Source: Octopus vulgaris (Eukaryota). Taken from it: a stretch of 64,000 bases of DNA. The translations under genes were made by a program, and so were the position numbers. The notes beneath the pieces are model-generated. The model ran no database searches and had not been told where the DNA came from. It saw nothing but the letters and a program-made list of their open reading frames with translations. Where the stretch lies: assembly GCA_951406725.2 (NCBI GenBank), contig OX597829.1:25544001-25608000 (forward strand). Reading direction: 5' to 3'. Below, piece after piece: positions 1 to 14,800 of this stretch; position 1 is the first letter of the stretch, and every line of letters begins with the position of its first letter.

Positions 1-334
1 ACATATATATTTGAAAGAATTTTTTTTTTTCTATAAGAAAAAACTTGTTTTTTGAAAATCAGTTAAAAAATATCAATCATTTTAAATGTCAAAACTTTAT
101 TTCAACCAAAAATAACAGAGTACATTTAAAAGAAGTTGTATGAATTTTTAAAGATAAAGTTGCATTAATTTAATGTAATTAATCATACAATTTGTATTGT
201 CTACATGTATTTTGTTGATAAATATAGGATCTAAATAATAAACGTTGTTTGTATTAAAGAGTAATGAAATGTGCTGATTTAGTAATCTCTCGTAACAGCA
301 CATAAGTTGGTGTTTCTGATCTTTGTTCTTCTAG

Positions 335-505
335 TATTTCAACACCAAAACCTTGCCTAGATGTGGTATTGTGGCGGCCACCAGATGTTTTGGCTAATGT
401 AGTAAAACAATCTCCTGAAAATACTTTTCCTAGTAACAACATCACTCAAGACCAGCCAACTCAGGAGGAATTACCGAAAAGTGCCTTAAATTTTCCAGAT
501 ATTAG
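335..505 (+). CDS. CCDC117: CCDC117-like protein, penultimate coding exon (gene begins upstream of window)
   Basis: Acceptor ttgttcttctAG (333-334) and donor GTGAGT (506). The 171-nt open exon (phase 2/2) reads ISTPKPCLDVVLWRPPDVLANVVKQSPENTFPSNNITQDQPTQEELPKSALNFPDI. PCLDVVLWRPP resembles the conserved CCDC117 motif MELVLWKP. Confidence 0.7.
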
Positions 506-1293
506 GTGAGTAGATCAACTAATGCTTGTACTTAACTAATTTTAATTATTTATAGCTAAATTAATATTGTGAATTGAAATATTTCTGTTTTCTGAGTATG
601 TTGTCAGATAGATCTTTTCGTATAGCCTCTCCACATAACATATCCCTGCTGTATTGTCTACTCCCTTACATCACATTCCTCTTATACACAGTTTTTTCCT
701 TACCCATTATTTACACTAACATTACATGTCCTGCAAACCATGCTGGTCTCATTTCTGTTATCCAACCATTACATATTCCGTGATGATGTTTAGCTGCTAT
801 GTAATGTCACACTTCATACACAATCATCATACAATCTCCCAGTTTCTCAGGCAGAGTGTGAGGCAGAGATCCTTTGTCGTCAACTTAAGTAATAACTCAT
901 TAAGCCTATTACAGTCTATACTTTGGCTACTGTGTATTCAAACTACTTCCCTTAACTGCTAATTAGATCACGTAGGTAACAGATCCTGTCAACTACTTCT
1001 AAGGAGCCTTCTGAGTATTTCAAAAAGTTTATTTCATAAGTGTATCTACAACTAAGTACTCTAGCATATCTGCTTGTATGAAGTCCTGTTTTTGATGATA
1101 CTATATCTCTTGTACACTCCTGAGATTACACTGGTTATATAGATTAGTTCCTGCTTAGCATTTTTGCGCATGCGCGCACGCACACTCTCTTTCTCACTGA
1201 TTATAAGTTGCTTGTTATAAATTTGTTCATTGATACTGTTTAAAAAACACTTGCATTATGTTTATTTCAATTTGTTTATCTTTTCTATTACAG

Positions 1294-1378
1294 TTTACTA
1301 CCATTTACCTCTGTGCAAGACACATCAAACATTTATAAGTCTTACTTTTCAACTGAAGATGATGTTATGGATATCTGA
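1294..1378 (+). CDS. CCDC117: CCDC117-like protein, terminal coding exon
   Basis: Polypyrimidine tract plus cAG (1291-1293), in phase with the previous exon. Reads (S)LLPFTSVQDTSNIYKSYFSTEDDVMDI*; the acidic ..EDDVMDI* end resembles the CCDC117 C-terminus (..EEMEL*). T-rich 3'UTR-like sequence follows. Confidence 0.68.
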
Positions 1379-2311
1379 AACCTTGTGGATTTTAAATACA
1401 TTTCTTTTTTTTGTCTGCTTCAACAGATATTTTTTTTTTTTTTTTAAACTCTGACTTTTGTTATGGTTAAAAATCAGTTGTCACCATAAATCCTCTGAAA
1501 ATTTCTTGGGAAGAGGAAAATACCTCTGATGTTTCAAATGAGATGTAAATAATGTTGTATTTCACTTTTTTTTTTCATTTTCTTTTTTATGTGTTTATTT
1601 TTTTTTTTATTCAATTGAAACAAGAAATATCTTTAGTTTGTCTTAATCTTGTTGTTGGTGCTGTTAAATGTTGTACAGATTATTTTTTTCTTTTTCTCAG
1701 TATGACAAAAAAAGCGTAATTGTAGTTTAGAAAATCTCTTTCTAAAAGTGAGCTCCCTAGGGTTTGAAAACAAAATTACACACACACACACACACACTTA
1801 CTTTCATTCATACATTCTCACTAACACACATGTGCGCACACACAAATGGATTTTCTAAGACAGTTAATGCTATTATACATTTGGTAGAACATTGGACACA
1901 GAATGCCTTTTCATTATTTAATTACATCTCGAGTTCAGATCCTGCCAAGATTGATTATCTTTTTGGGGTAAACCAAAGTACATAAAACAAGTACTAGGGA
2001 GAGGGGTATGCTTGATATAATCAAGCACACCTTTCCCCAAAAAGGATTATTATATCTTAATTTTGTGGGGAGGGGCTTGTTCCTAACAACACATGCAGGT
2101 ATGACTGTTAAGAAGTTTGCTTCTCAACTATGTGGCTTTTGGTACAGTCCTGTTGCACTGTGTCTTTTACTATAACCCAAAGTCAACAAGTACCTTGTAA
2201 TGGAATTTAGTAGCTGGAAACTAATAGAAGACTGTATGTGTGTTTACAAAACTATGCTAAGCTATGGCTAAAGACAGTGATGTCACTGTTTGTGGTTGAG
2301 CTACTAAATTA

Positions 2312-2900
<589 letters not shown>

Positions 2901-3419
2901 ATGCATAAATGTGTGTATGATTAAAGAATGCGAGTAAGTGGCGAAAGACCTGGGTATATATAGACTGGTGGGGTGGGCGACTGGATACCAATGATACAAA
3001 AGGATGGGTGGGAGGATTGGGAAGCGAGAGTTATGCATAATGTATGAAGGAGGAAATGTGTGAAAGAGAAGAGATGTGGGGGGTGTAGATTGGTTTGTTT
3101 GGGTAGGGTGAGGGAAAAGTTTTCTTGTTACATGTGGATGGAACACCCATGTTGCGAGCTAACAGGTGGCAATAACGCACAGGTCGGGGACAAGCTGAGA
3201 GCAATGATTCAGTGGCACAGGGCCAACAGGACAGGATTGGGGTGTGGGAGGTAATCATAGAACATGAAGCGGAAATGTGAGGAAAAGATGAGAGGTAGAC
3301 ATAGTTTAGTTTGTTGTGGTAGAGTGTGGAAAGTTTTCTTAAGTGTGGTGGAACACCCAGTGCTTTTAGAACTGTTTCACTGATGTGGGCAGTTCTTCTC
3401 AAGAGCTTCATATTATCAG

Positions 3420-3925
3420 ACATCTAGGTCCATTGTCGTTTTCTCTGTGAGGCCCAACATTCTATGATTGGTCCTTACCACTTCGTCCCAAGTCTTCCTA
3501 AGTCTCCCTTTTCCGTGGGTACCATCTACTTTCACTGATCGGCATTTCTTTACGTATCTGTCCTTATTTATATGCATCACATGTCCAAACCAACATATTC
3601 TTTCTTGCATGCTACGCTTGATTCCTCATATGTCCAACTCTTCTATTAATACAATTTCACTTTGTTGTATATGTGCACTGATGTTGCATATCCAACAGAT
3701 CATACTACTTTTGTTTCTCTTCTCGTTACCGTTCATACACAAGCATCATATAGTCTACCTTTCACTCTGAGAGAGAGTCCTTTTGTTGCCAACAGAGGTA
3801 ATAGTTCTCTGAACTTCCTCCACCATTGCTAATTTGATCATCTATGGAACAGAGACTATCTACAACTTTAAGGCCCTTTGATTCCAGGCTTTGTTTCCAT
3901 ACCTGGAATTTCTTCTCTAATTGTG
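3420..3925 (-). mobile_element. RTE-clade LINE 3' fragment, degenerate
   Basis: Minus-strand peptides WFGHVMH..GRLRKTWDEVV and KFQVWKQSLESKGLKV are typical of the RTE RT thumb and C-terminus. Confidence 0.75.
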
Positions 3926-4044
3926 CTAAAGGCATATATATATGTGTGTGTATGTGTGCACGCACACACACACATGTACATGTGTTTATATGTGTGCATG
4001 TATACATGTGTATATATCTACACACACATACATGTGTGTGTGTG

Positions 4045-4328
4045 TATCATTGTTTAACGTCCATTTTCCATGCTGGCATGGGTTGGACGGACTGAATGAG
4101 AACTGGCAGGCCAGTAGGCTGCACTAGGCTCCAATCTGATCTGGTGAGGTTTCTACAGCTGGATGCCCTTCCTAACACCAACCACTCCGAGAGTGTAGTG
4201 GGTGATTTTTATGTGCTGCCAGCATGGGAACCAGTCAGGCAGCACATACAGTCTTTCTACATGCCACCGGCATGGGGCACTGGCATTGACTGCATTCAGA
4301 AGGTCCCTTTTATGTACCACTGGCACAT
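4045..4328 (-). mobile_element. RTE-tail repeat (family C), degenerate
   Basis: Contains tttaacgtccattttccatgc..gggttggacgg and ctggatgcccttcctaa, shared with copies at 15143, 17480, 31180 and 63655. Confidence 0.7.
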
Positions 4329-4350
4329 GTTTGTGTGTGTGTGTGAGAGA

Positions 4351-4720
4351 GGTGCAGGCATGATTGTGTGGTAAGGAGCCAGTTTCCCAACCATATGGTT
4401 CTGGGTTCAGTCAAAGCCTTGTGAATAGATTTGGTAGGTGGAAACTAAAAGAAACTGATTGTGTGTGTATATATACACATATAATGCTGAATAGCAAAGG
4501 AATAAACTCTATATAATGCTTTTGTGTGTCTGTCTTTGTTCCCCCAACATCGCTTGACAACCAGTGTTGGTGTTTATGTCCCATAGCTTAGCAGTTTAGG
4601 AAAAGAGATAGAATAAGTACTCGGGTTAGAAACAATAAGTCCTGGGGTCAGTTTGTTCAACAAAAGGTGGTGTTCCAGCATGGCTGCAGTCAAATGACCG
4701 AAACAATTATACGAATAAAA
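4351..4720 (+). mobile_element. tRNA-derived SINE (family A), diverged
   Basis: Head ggtgcaggcatgattgtgtggtaag..ggttcagtc and tail ccagcatggctgcagtcaaatgaccgaaac match the reverse complement of the copies at 27108 and 41329. Confidence 0.7.
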
Positions 4721-7700
4721 TGTATGGGTATATATGTTTGTGTGCGTGTGTATCTGAATAAGTTATGTTTGTATATGACTGAATTATATATATATGTTTA
4801 TTGAGGTACCTGACATATTTAGTAATGTTCTAAAAGTTTCAAATTAAACCCTTTATTTAATCTGTGAACTTAAGATTTCTGTTATCCATATGACGAATGT
4901 GCTGTTTACATGCATGAAAGTTTAAAAAAAATTTTTTCTAGGGTATTGGCTTGGCAGAATCATGAGTATGTTGGCCCAAATGCTTAGTGGCATTTCTTCC
5001 AGCAACTACTAAGATAAAGACTACGGTCCAAATACACCACTGTATTACGATAAGGATAATACATACATTTCATGCATTTGTGTGTGTGTGCGCGTACATG
5101 CATATGAGAAATGTTGGGCCTAAAACCTAATTGTTAGGGTGATGCACTCGGAGTCGCAAGATAATGGTTTTGATTCCTAGACTGAGTGGTGTGTTTTATT
5201 CTTTGGCAAAACACATTTCCTATTGCTTTGTCATCACTTGTGCACAAGTATTGTCAAATGTCAGTTTGATGGAGGGAGGGAACTGATATGCAGTGCAAAC
5301 ATTTGACTATAACTATAAACAAATTAACTGTGGATGTTGCTCAGCAAGAAGTTGAAGAATTTCCTTCTGTTGAGAGTCTGTAGTATGTATGTGTGCTTAT
5401 ATTTATGTATGTACTTTGTACACTCAGACAGTTGTGTGTGTGTGTGTATTTATGTATTATGTATATTCACACCGGTGTGTGTGTGTGTGCGAGCATACAT
5501 ATATTTGGATGTTTGAAATAAGAGAGAAAAATATTCAATACATGATATAGAGTTTATTCCTTTGCTATTCAGTTTCTTGTTTTGTACAAACCGTTAGATA
5601 TGTATAAAGACTCGGAAGTGATACTTATCGTCTTTGAATAAGTGTATGTAAAAAGTGTGATGTTATAATTATTCTTCAATGGCCGTGCAAAATAGCAATG
5701 CTTGTGCAAAATTTTAGATCCAATAAAGCTTGCACCACATACCCCCCTCTCCATGAGACAAGCTGAGGCAAGATGTCTAGGGCCAATATGGGTTGCAAGA
5801 TCAGGAATGTGATGCGCCATGATTTCGAGTGCAAACAGAAAGCTTTCCCAAAATGTCCAGTACCATTCTCTGTGTCTTGTTTTATATTAGTGACCTTCTG
5901 GAGACATGCTTATAGCTGAGGGGTGTCTCATTCCCAGTAGTCTTGCCGTACACTGGACATCAACCTGGAATGTCTGTACTCTTGCTAGATAGTCATTGAA
6001 CCTCCACTGAGTTCATCCTCCGTCCTTTTGACAGGTCTTACTTTTATCCCTGCTGGGTTTCTAGCAACCCTCCTCACCAGGTTAGCTTGATGCAGTGGTT
6101 TAGTCATTGATCACCTGATCATGCGACAGGTTGTACAGGATTCCATGTTGCCAGTAGCATTCATGAAGATCTCACTGGAGCCCAAATGCAGTGTTCTTAA
6201 TGGTCTTCCTTGGTCATGAGTTGACAGCCATCATGTGTATATCTATATATATATTACATACATACATGTATATATATATATACACACATACATAACTTAT
6301 TTGGAAAAGGATGTGCGGCGTTCGATTATATAATAATATAAATAATATATAAATATATGCATATATAGGTACGTTTTTTTGATGTCCTGTACCCATATGT
6401 GCATGTATATATACATACACACAAGTTATGTGATGAGACAATCTATTTCTGTTCAAATCTGATGGAACACATTAAGAATAAATATATAGGTCATTGTTTT
6501 GATTTTTGCTGCTCACCACGTGCATATGATGATTTCCATGCATGTGTGTTGTTTAATACTGTGTGCAGAGTAATGCATAATTTATGAATTGGAAAGTTTT
6601 TCCTACAACCTTTGCATTGTCTCCCTTGAAGGTATGTGACTCGTTGTCATTTGCTCTTATTATGAGCAATTGACAAGATTGTGGTATTTCCTGTGTTGTA
6701 GTAGTGAGTTTAGAAGACACTACTGTGACATGGGTCTAGAAGAAAAAGTAGTTGTTTTCATATTTGGTTGTCTAAACTAAAACCTTGTGTTTAAGGCTGT
6801 GAAATATAGAAAATTATCAAATATTTAGTTGTCTTATGAAATTCATATGACCTCTCTGCCTCAATAAGAATAAGTTCCAATGGTTGATGTAATAATATTC
6901 AAGGTGGTAATGCCCCTCCATGGCTGCAATCCAATTACGATGAATATTTTTTTTCATATTCCTTTGTTTTTATAGGATTTGATACAATGATGATGGCAGT
7001 GATAACAAGTTTTACTGGGTATTAATTAGGTAGATATGTGACCATTTGCAAAGAGTGTGCAAATGGGATTGCAGATAATTGAATCTTTAGAAAGGGTGGA
7101 TAGGGTTAAGTAAATTATAGGTCTTGTGAGGTAAGATACAAAAGGGGTTATGAAGGGAGTCGGGTTGGTTAGGTATGTGTGTGTGTTTGTGGGAATATTA
7201 AATAGAATTAATTTTCATTTTAAATTCAATTCCAAATTTACATTAAAGTGTTCTACATTTCTAGTTTATATGGTTTGTTTGTTCTTGGTGATTTTTAAAA
7301 AAAATTTATCTCAGTAGACCAACTATGCCCCTACCTCAATTTACAATCTCTTCCCAGTTTTTATCTGGTTTTTTTTTTTTTTTTTTTTTTAGTGATATGT
7401 GAAGTCAATTCTGGAATCAATTGAACTCATTGAGATGAATAAAAAAAATATAGAGGCATTTAGTAAATCCCTTTCTGATTCTACTGACTTATTGTCCTTT
7501 ATTAGTATTATTATTTAATAATGATGATAATAATAATAATTTTCATATGATAATGATTGTAACTAATAATTATGATACATCATTCCTATTCATTTATTCT
7601 AATATAATGCATGTAACCAGACCAACGTTGTGTGTGTGTGTGTCTGTTTTAGAATCAACTGCTGGTAATTTAGTATTTTTCTTAACATTATCAGCAGTGT

Positions 7701-9963
7701 GTCAAATTGTGATTGTGTCAGTAAACGGAAAATGTTATTTTGGGGTTTGAAGTTTAAAAGATTTTGTTGAAACGATATTTTTCCCCAGTAATTTTGAATT
7801 TAGGAAGGAAACAGTGAAATGGGAGATTCAATATTTTATTGTTTATTTTTTTTCCCCTTTTCTCTAGTTGTTCTCCAAAACGTCAGAGGGATAGAAAATT
7901 GAAAATGCAAAATAATTGTTAGAAAAAGTCATGAAAATATCTTTATTTTTTCTTGTCTATTGAGAATGAGATATTTTATACAGAATTTGAAAAACTAACA
8001 TCACTTTTTTTTTTTTTTTAAAGTTTTTTTCTTTATATTTTGTATCTCATAAGAATGGTTCTTCAGAATGGAAGCATTGATAGGGTTTGTCTCCCAGTTT
8101 TCAGTTTCCATTTTTTTAAAAAATACTTTTTAGATCACTCGCTTTCTTCAAAATTTTGGGTTCAGTTTTTGAAAAATCTTAATATTTTTTCATTTGTAAT
8201 TTATGAAATGAAATTGACTAAAAAGGAACTTCATGCTACCAACCAACCTGTTAAAATTAAGAAAACAAAAAATAAAAGTGGTCTCCTTCTTATCAAAGTA
8301 TATATTTCAGTTGCCAATTGTTGTTGATTCTAAGATTTCATATAGTCAGTTGTCACAGAATATTGTTCACTTTAGTGAGATATTATTTCTTAGTTTATCT
8401 GAATATTTAGATAAGGAACAGCACACAAGTACATACATATCTCACTGTATTGGCCACACTATCAGATGTTATATACTGCTGGTCACAATGCATTCCCTTG
8501 CATTGTTTTAGCATTCAAAGGATGCCACCTTGATGGCTAGGCAGGAATTAAAACCACAATCTTGCAATTGTAGGTGCAAAACCCCAGCCACTAGGCCATG
8601 CACCGACACACACACAATGTGAGAATTTATATTTTCTTATTTCTACTGGTGGATCTAAAGCATGTTCATAAGAAGAAAAAAAAATGAAGGAAAAATTTAA
8701 ATAAAGATTAAATTCAAGAAAGATTTTCAATTTATTTTTCATATTTTAATTGAATTTTTTTTTATTCATTTGGAAAATTGGGAATGAATTTCAATTTTTT
8801 TTTTTTTTCAAATTCAGCAGGTGACATAATCTAGTTTGTATATGTGTGTGTTTAAAGATTTAGTCTCACCTTGGACATTGTTTTGGTTTAAACCAAGTTT
8901 GTTGTTATTGTATATAACTCCAGGTCATTTCTGATCCAGTAGACACATAAGGTAATCAGATGAATAGATTCATTGTTCCAGATATTTCTAACATCTTAGT
9001 AAAGAACCTTTAATGTAAAACTCCTAATTGCAGTAATGTGGGCTAGTGTTAACCAGTTGCTATTTCACTGTCTCTTGTATCTTCCTGTTTATCTATTGCT
9101 ATTGTTGTTCTTTAGCCCCTGGTCAACACTGATGGAGTAAACCTATTATTAACTGTATGACCTTGTAGATTCTGGATGTAGTTGAGGTGTGGTTGGTCAG
9201 TTGTGAACAAAGCAGATTGATCAGGACTTTAATAATTTCAGTTTCACTACCACGTTCATCACCTGTTGTGAATCTCTCATATTCTCACCAAATTAAACCT
9301 AAAACTTTATAAGTAATTTATATGTATGTAAAATATACCATTAAAAATGGTTGTACTCAAAGTAGATAAAGCTATAAATAATAGCACACAAATATTGGGT
9401 TAAAAAAAAAAAGCATTGAATAGAAAGTCGAAAGCTGCTTACATGCTATTATTTATAGCTTTATCAACTTTGAGCTTAACTATTATAAAGGAATTGTTTC
9501 ACATACCCTCAAAGTTTCTAAATTTTTATGATGTAAACATATATACATTGTCAATATTGTAAAATAATTAATCATGATGCTGATTTATAAGAGATATGTA
9601 TTGACAAAAGTGACTTCTCTTTTCAACAAAGCTTATTAGTCTCATCTACAACCAATGGTGATGCCCCAGCATGACTGCAGCTTTGAAGCTGAAACAATTT
9701 AGAGATTTAAACTTGTTTAATGTGACAGAAAAATAGATATTAAGCAATTGGTTTGATTGATATTTTTAGTTTCTGTTACATAAGCATTTTTTTTTTTTGC
9801 TAGAGATCTATTAAGCATATTCACTTGAACACACACACCACACACACACATACATACATACATACATACATATATAACTTATATATATATATATATAATA
9901 CACATACTTTAGTGTTACATAATTTATTTTTATTTTTGAGCCAGTAAAAAAAAAAACATTTAA

Positions 9964-10184
9964 CCCTTTAGCATTTAAACCGGCCATATCTGGCCAAAAG
10001 TATTCTGCCTGTTTTATGTTCAAACTAGCCAGATCTTGTCTCTCACACCAACCCTACAATACCATCTTAAAAATGAACAGCTACCGCATCAAAATCTCAT
10101 AACTACAAGATAATGCATGATTAGTTCAAAACAATGTGGATAAAGAAGCATTAATTTTGGCAGAATAATGTGAACACTAAAGGG
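9964..10184. mobile_element. piggyBac-like MITE (TTAA target)
   Basis: TTAA|CCCTTTAG ... CTAAAGGG|TTAA. Degenerate relatives lie near 46610-46790 and 48013-48220. Confidence 0.8.
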
Positions 10185-11919
10185 TTAAATATGTTTATGT
10201 AACTGCTGTTCATGGGGGTGTTTCATTACAATAATAAAATTTTGTTTAGCTACCATTGATACACTGTTTAATAATTTGTACTAACAATTAAAAAGGAACT
10301 TATCATCCTGTATTAATGAACTGAACAAACCATATGCATATAATTGATACCCTCTCATCTGTGTGTGTGTGCAGTTGAGTGCTTTGTGTATGGAGTACTC
10401 TTTCTCGTATTTGTAAAATGTGCGTGTGTATTTATGTTTTGAATTTCATTCAGATTTCTATCTTTTAATTTTATAATTTGAAACATTGTGGTTGTGAGTT
10501 TAAAAAAAAAAAAAAATTTTTGTATGTGAAAGACCCTGAAAATGTGAGTGAGTAAAATGGAAGAAAACAGTTTCTAAAAGTCGAGGAATTTTGTGTAAGA
10601 ATTAAAATTTTTCTAAGTGTACTTTTTTTTCTTCTTTCTTTGTCATCTATTTAGAATTTCAAATAGAAAACAATCGCTTTAAAAGAAATTGTGTCTGTGC
10701 TTTTGATTTAACAAATGGTTGGAAAAAGTACTGACTACAAACAGTGCCCTTTATTTATTTGTTTAAAGTTGGTTTACTTTTATCACTACTCTGAGTTTTC
10801 TGCTTTTGTAAGTTTGTTCTATTCATTTTCTGTTTTTGCTGGACAAAAACAAAAGTGAGAAACTTGGAGCAGGGAAGAAGTGAGTGTATTGTCATATACA
10901 TATTATACATAACTGTGTGTGTGAGCAAGAGAGAGTGTGTTAAAATTACAGACATTTTGTCAAGCTAATATTTCTTAAATCTGCAATACAAAAACAATAA
11001 AAAAAAGGTTTGTCACCATGACACTGCTGCTTTGAAACTTGGAGGGATGTTTATAGTAAAAACAGTTCTGTTCTAATGTTCCTCTGGTCTAGGTCAATGG
11101 TTTTGATGATGATGACGATCTAAAGAAATTTCTCCCTGTCTCAGTTTAGCTACAGCATTTATAACCTATTGGCATTTTTTTTTTTTTTACCCCAACCTTA
11201 AACTATCTTCATGTCACAAATCACATTTCTCACCTATGGTTGTTAGTGGACAAAAAAAAAGAGAAAAAAACAAACAAAAAACATGAAAAAAACATTAGTA
11301 TTGTTTTATATACTCATTATTATTATTATTATTACATCTCTTTCATATTTGAAGTCTAATCCTTGGTATTTAATTCATTTTGTTCTTAAATTCAAAATTT
11401 ATTTTGCTTTTATATTCCTGTTTTTCAGTTTACATTCTTTTTTTTTTTAATAATTCTTTGTTTTTATTTTTTATTTTGCTTTTGTAAATAAAACAAAGGG
11501 AAAAATGCAATAAATGTCACCAAAACTTGGGATGTTTAAAAAAAAAATATATAGAAAAAATTTTTTTGATCTGCTATATAAATTTTAATATTTTCGTTTT
11601 GTTGATTTGTGTTGAAGATTCTCTTTTTATAATTTTCTAATATGATTGTGTGTGTGTGGCTGTGCAGTTAAGAGGCTTGCTTCCCAACCATGTGGTCTTG
11701 GATTCAGTCTCACCATGTAGCATCCTGGGTAAAAAGTGAGGTTGTCCATTTCCAATCTTCTGTGAAAAACATATCTAGATATGGGGAAAATATTACCTTA
11801 CTTAGAAACATGTGAGGGCTGGCACCCAGAAAAGTATATGACCATAGAAAACTTGTCAACAAATTCTGTCTGATTCCTGCAAGCATGGGAAAGTGGCTGT
11901 TAAATAATGATGATATATA

Positions 11920-12122
11920 TGAGGGGTGCTGAAAAATTCTTGGCTTTAAGGTTATCACAAAAGGCCTGATTGTAGGCCTGACCTTCCAAGTTCCTTTACA
12001 GCACTTAGAAAAGCTGAAGGACCACTGCAATAAGTGCGTGAATTTGAGAGAAGGTATATGTTGAATAAAATCATAATTAACTAATCCTCCTGTATTTTCT
12101 TTTACTTTTCAGCACCTCCTAG
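11920..12122 (+). mobile_element. Internally deleted mariner-derived MITE
   Basis: TIR-like gaggggtgctgaaaa ... ttttcagcacctcc in a TA context. The internal aagtgcgtgaatttgagag..tatgttgaataa resembles the mariner C-terminal KCV..GxYVE*. Confidence 0.6.
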
Positions 12123-12139
12123 TATGTATGTACATATAA

Positions 12140-13580
12140 ACATGTTGGGCAACACTATGATGGCTTATATGGACTGTGTGGTGGTTATTATTGAAAGGTA
12201 TTAACAATCAAGGAGACCAAGACTTCTTAAGTTCTTAGATGCAGATGGCCTCAACAACACAGAAATTGGTCAGTCACATGTTCAGTGACCAGTTGAGTGG
12301 ACGTATAGGCCAAATAATTTTTATCATCAGTGTTTGATTGTAAATACCAAGTGTTTCCCAGGTGAAGAATGCACCACTAACCGACATAGATTAGTGATTT
12401 GTAACTTTAAAAATTAGCTTGCCCAATGTAGAAACAAACGACAATTTGGAAAAGGAAGACTTGGAATTTAAAAGAGCCCATGGTTACATTTTCAGAAATT
12501 CTAATTGTTGCTTATGAGAGATCAGAGGAGAAAGAATTATAATGGTTTCTGAGTTAGGGACAATGCTAGCAATTGTGAAAGGAGATGGGATTAGTTGAAA
12601 TCATCAACTCCTGTACTTGACTGGCACTTTATTTCATTGCGCCTTAGAGAACAAAAAATTATGTTGACCATGGTGGGATTTTAACTCAGCAAGGCAAAAA
12701 AAACAAAAAGACTGCAAAGCATTTTTACCAATGCCATAATGATCTTGACAATGTACTGCTGAGGACTGCAGGTCATGACTGTGGCTGGTGCAAAGGCCCA
12801 GCTATATGTAAGGTAACACGCTGGTGGAAACACTATTGTAAATAGTTATGAAAGCTAAACTGCTGGAAGGACCAGGACAATAGAGAGCAATACTAACTAG
12901 CTAGAGGAAAGGGTGGGTGTGAGATATATTTAGCTAAGGGAGAAGTAGAAACTTTGTATTCTGCAGAACAGACTACTAGAGAAAATAGGAAGAAATATAA
13001 TTGCAGTGGTAGATGTGCACTTGCCCTTACTCATGTAGAGGAAAAAGCTGCATGGAAATGGTATTCTGAGACATTGCTGAATGCATGAAAGCAAAAGGGG
13101 TTCTACAAAGGAAAGCTGCATGGAAATGGTATTCTGAATACTGAGAATGCATGAGAGCAAAAGGGGTTCTACAAAGGGGCCATGCATCCCAGTAAAGAAG
13201 ATGCAATCAAAGAATGAAGATATGGGAAGCAACCGGATCATGCAGGAAATATCTAACAGTGCTGATGCACTTAGTCATTGATATTGTTAATCTGGTAGTA
13301 ACAGGAATGTATCATGCCCAATGAGTGGTGTAGCAACTGTATCATAAAAAGTGATGGCACTACAGAGCAAGAACTGCAACGGTATCAAATTGAGCAAGTT
13401 ATAGCAGAACTGACTGAGAGAAGAATTGGCCTAGATGAGGTGCTGTTCAGGTTTATTTCAAGGTAGGGTAAAACTGAATCTCTCTTCTTAGGGAGGCAGG
13501 TGTGTTTATGCCAGTGGTAAGCATTTGTCAACCTAGAAAAGGTCTTTTGACAAGGAGTGACACTTTGTAATTTGGTAGTT
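12140..13580 (+). mobile_element. Highly decayed RTE LINE fragment
   Basis: Broken similarity to the RTE endonuclease end and RT start (KVFPGEEC..HRLVIC; F.NLEK.FD), related to 18000-19760. Many stops. Confidence 0.5.
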
Positions 13581-14342
13581 ACTGTTGCTGGTGGTCTTGA
13601 GGAGACAACTCTTGGTAGACATCAAGTGGCTCCAATGATGTTGCCAATTCTCAACAGATGGGGTGAAAACATGGCTCAAGTGATCCTGCTTCCCTGTGAA
13701 GAATGGAAATGAAAAATGTGATGAACTGAAATCCCTGTTTGGAATTCATGAACAATTTCTACTGCCTAAAATGGGAAAAAAATATGAGTATTGAATGACT
13801 TACATGGTTCCTGCAAGTCAGATACAAATGTGCAGTTAGTAAAGTGACAAGTGATATTATTGTGCAATTGTCTATCTGGTCTCTGCCTTCAGCCTTCTGT
13901 TTATTATATACTTCTAAGTTTTGAGACCAGCTGTCCTTGAGAATTCCTGTGTGCTTATCACTGTTATTCTTACAACTGAAACTATACTAGAATTAGAGCA
14001 TAAACTCTAGTCATAGGGCCTGGAATCAAGAGGCTTCGAAGTAAACAGTAAAGATTAAGAAGCTGGTAAGTAGGAAAGAAGACAGGACCCTGCTACCATT
14101 AGGGTGTTGTGAGTGTTTATTGAAAGAAAACACCTAAAGCTCCATGAGACTCCAGCAGGGGATGGTGTACTCTTTCGCCACAACTTTCTCTCTTTCCTCT
14201 GTTGGCTTGCTCGCTTAGCCAGGGTGGTGGCATCATTTGAAGGCTAAAAACAATGCGAAGTGCATCGTGACCAGCGATGTGTAACAACATCTGATGGCCT
14301 GGTTGGTCACATGATCTATCTATCTATCTATATATATATATA

Positions 14343-14795
14343 CTAGCTTAAAAGTTGCCCAATAGGGCAGATTTCTGACTTGTTTTAGAGAATTTGTTGC
14401 AATTGCTTCCTCTAGAGTCATATCCCAATGATGATCATATTTGTCGCAAAAAATTGCTGTAAACAATTGTAGTAATGAAAACATAGGAATCCCAAATTTC
14501 AGGATTGGAGGTCTGGATTCAGCCTGGAATGTTTTTAATCTTCTCATGGAGTTAGCCTTTTAGATTATAAAAATTGTTATTGTACAAAAAAAATTTGTTG
14601 CACAAAGTCAAGTAAAAAAATCGCTGCAGACAATCATAGTTATGAAAACTTGCGAATCCAAAATTTCTGGATTCAGCCAGGAATGGTTTTAATTTACTCA
14701 TGGAGTCAGCCTGATTTCAAAATGGTATGATATGTTGGGCTACGGCCTCTAGGAGTAAAGTTGAAATTGTGTGACACACTTTATTATATTATATC
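14343..14795 (-). mobile_element. Possible non-autonomous Helitron-like element
   Basis: On -, a hairpin tgccc-tatt-gggca lies just before CTAG|T (14343-14346). Has an internal duplicated segment (ggattcagcc..aatg..ctcatggagt..gcc). The 5' end is unclear. Confidence 0.45.
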
Positions 14796-14800
14796 ATATT

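Noticed and set aside
13041-13178. ~68-bp tandem duplication
   Set aside because: A local duplication inside a decayed RTE fragment; no sign of function.
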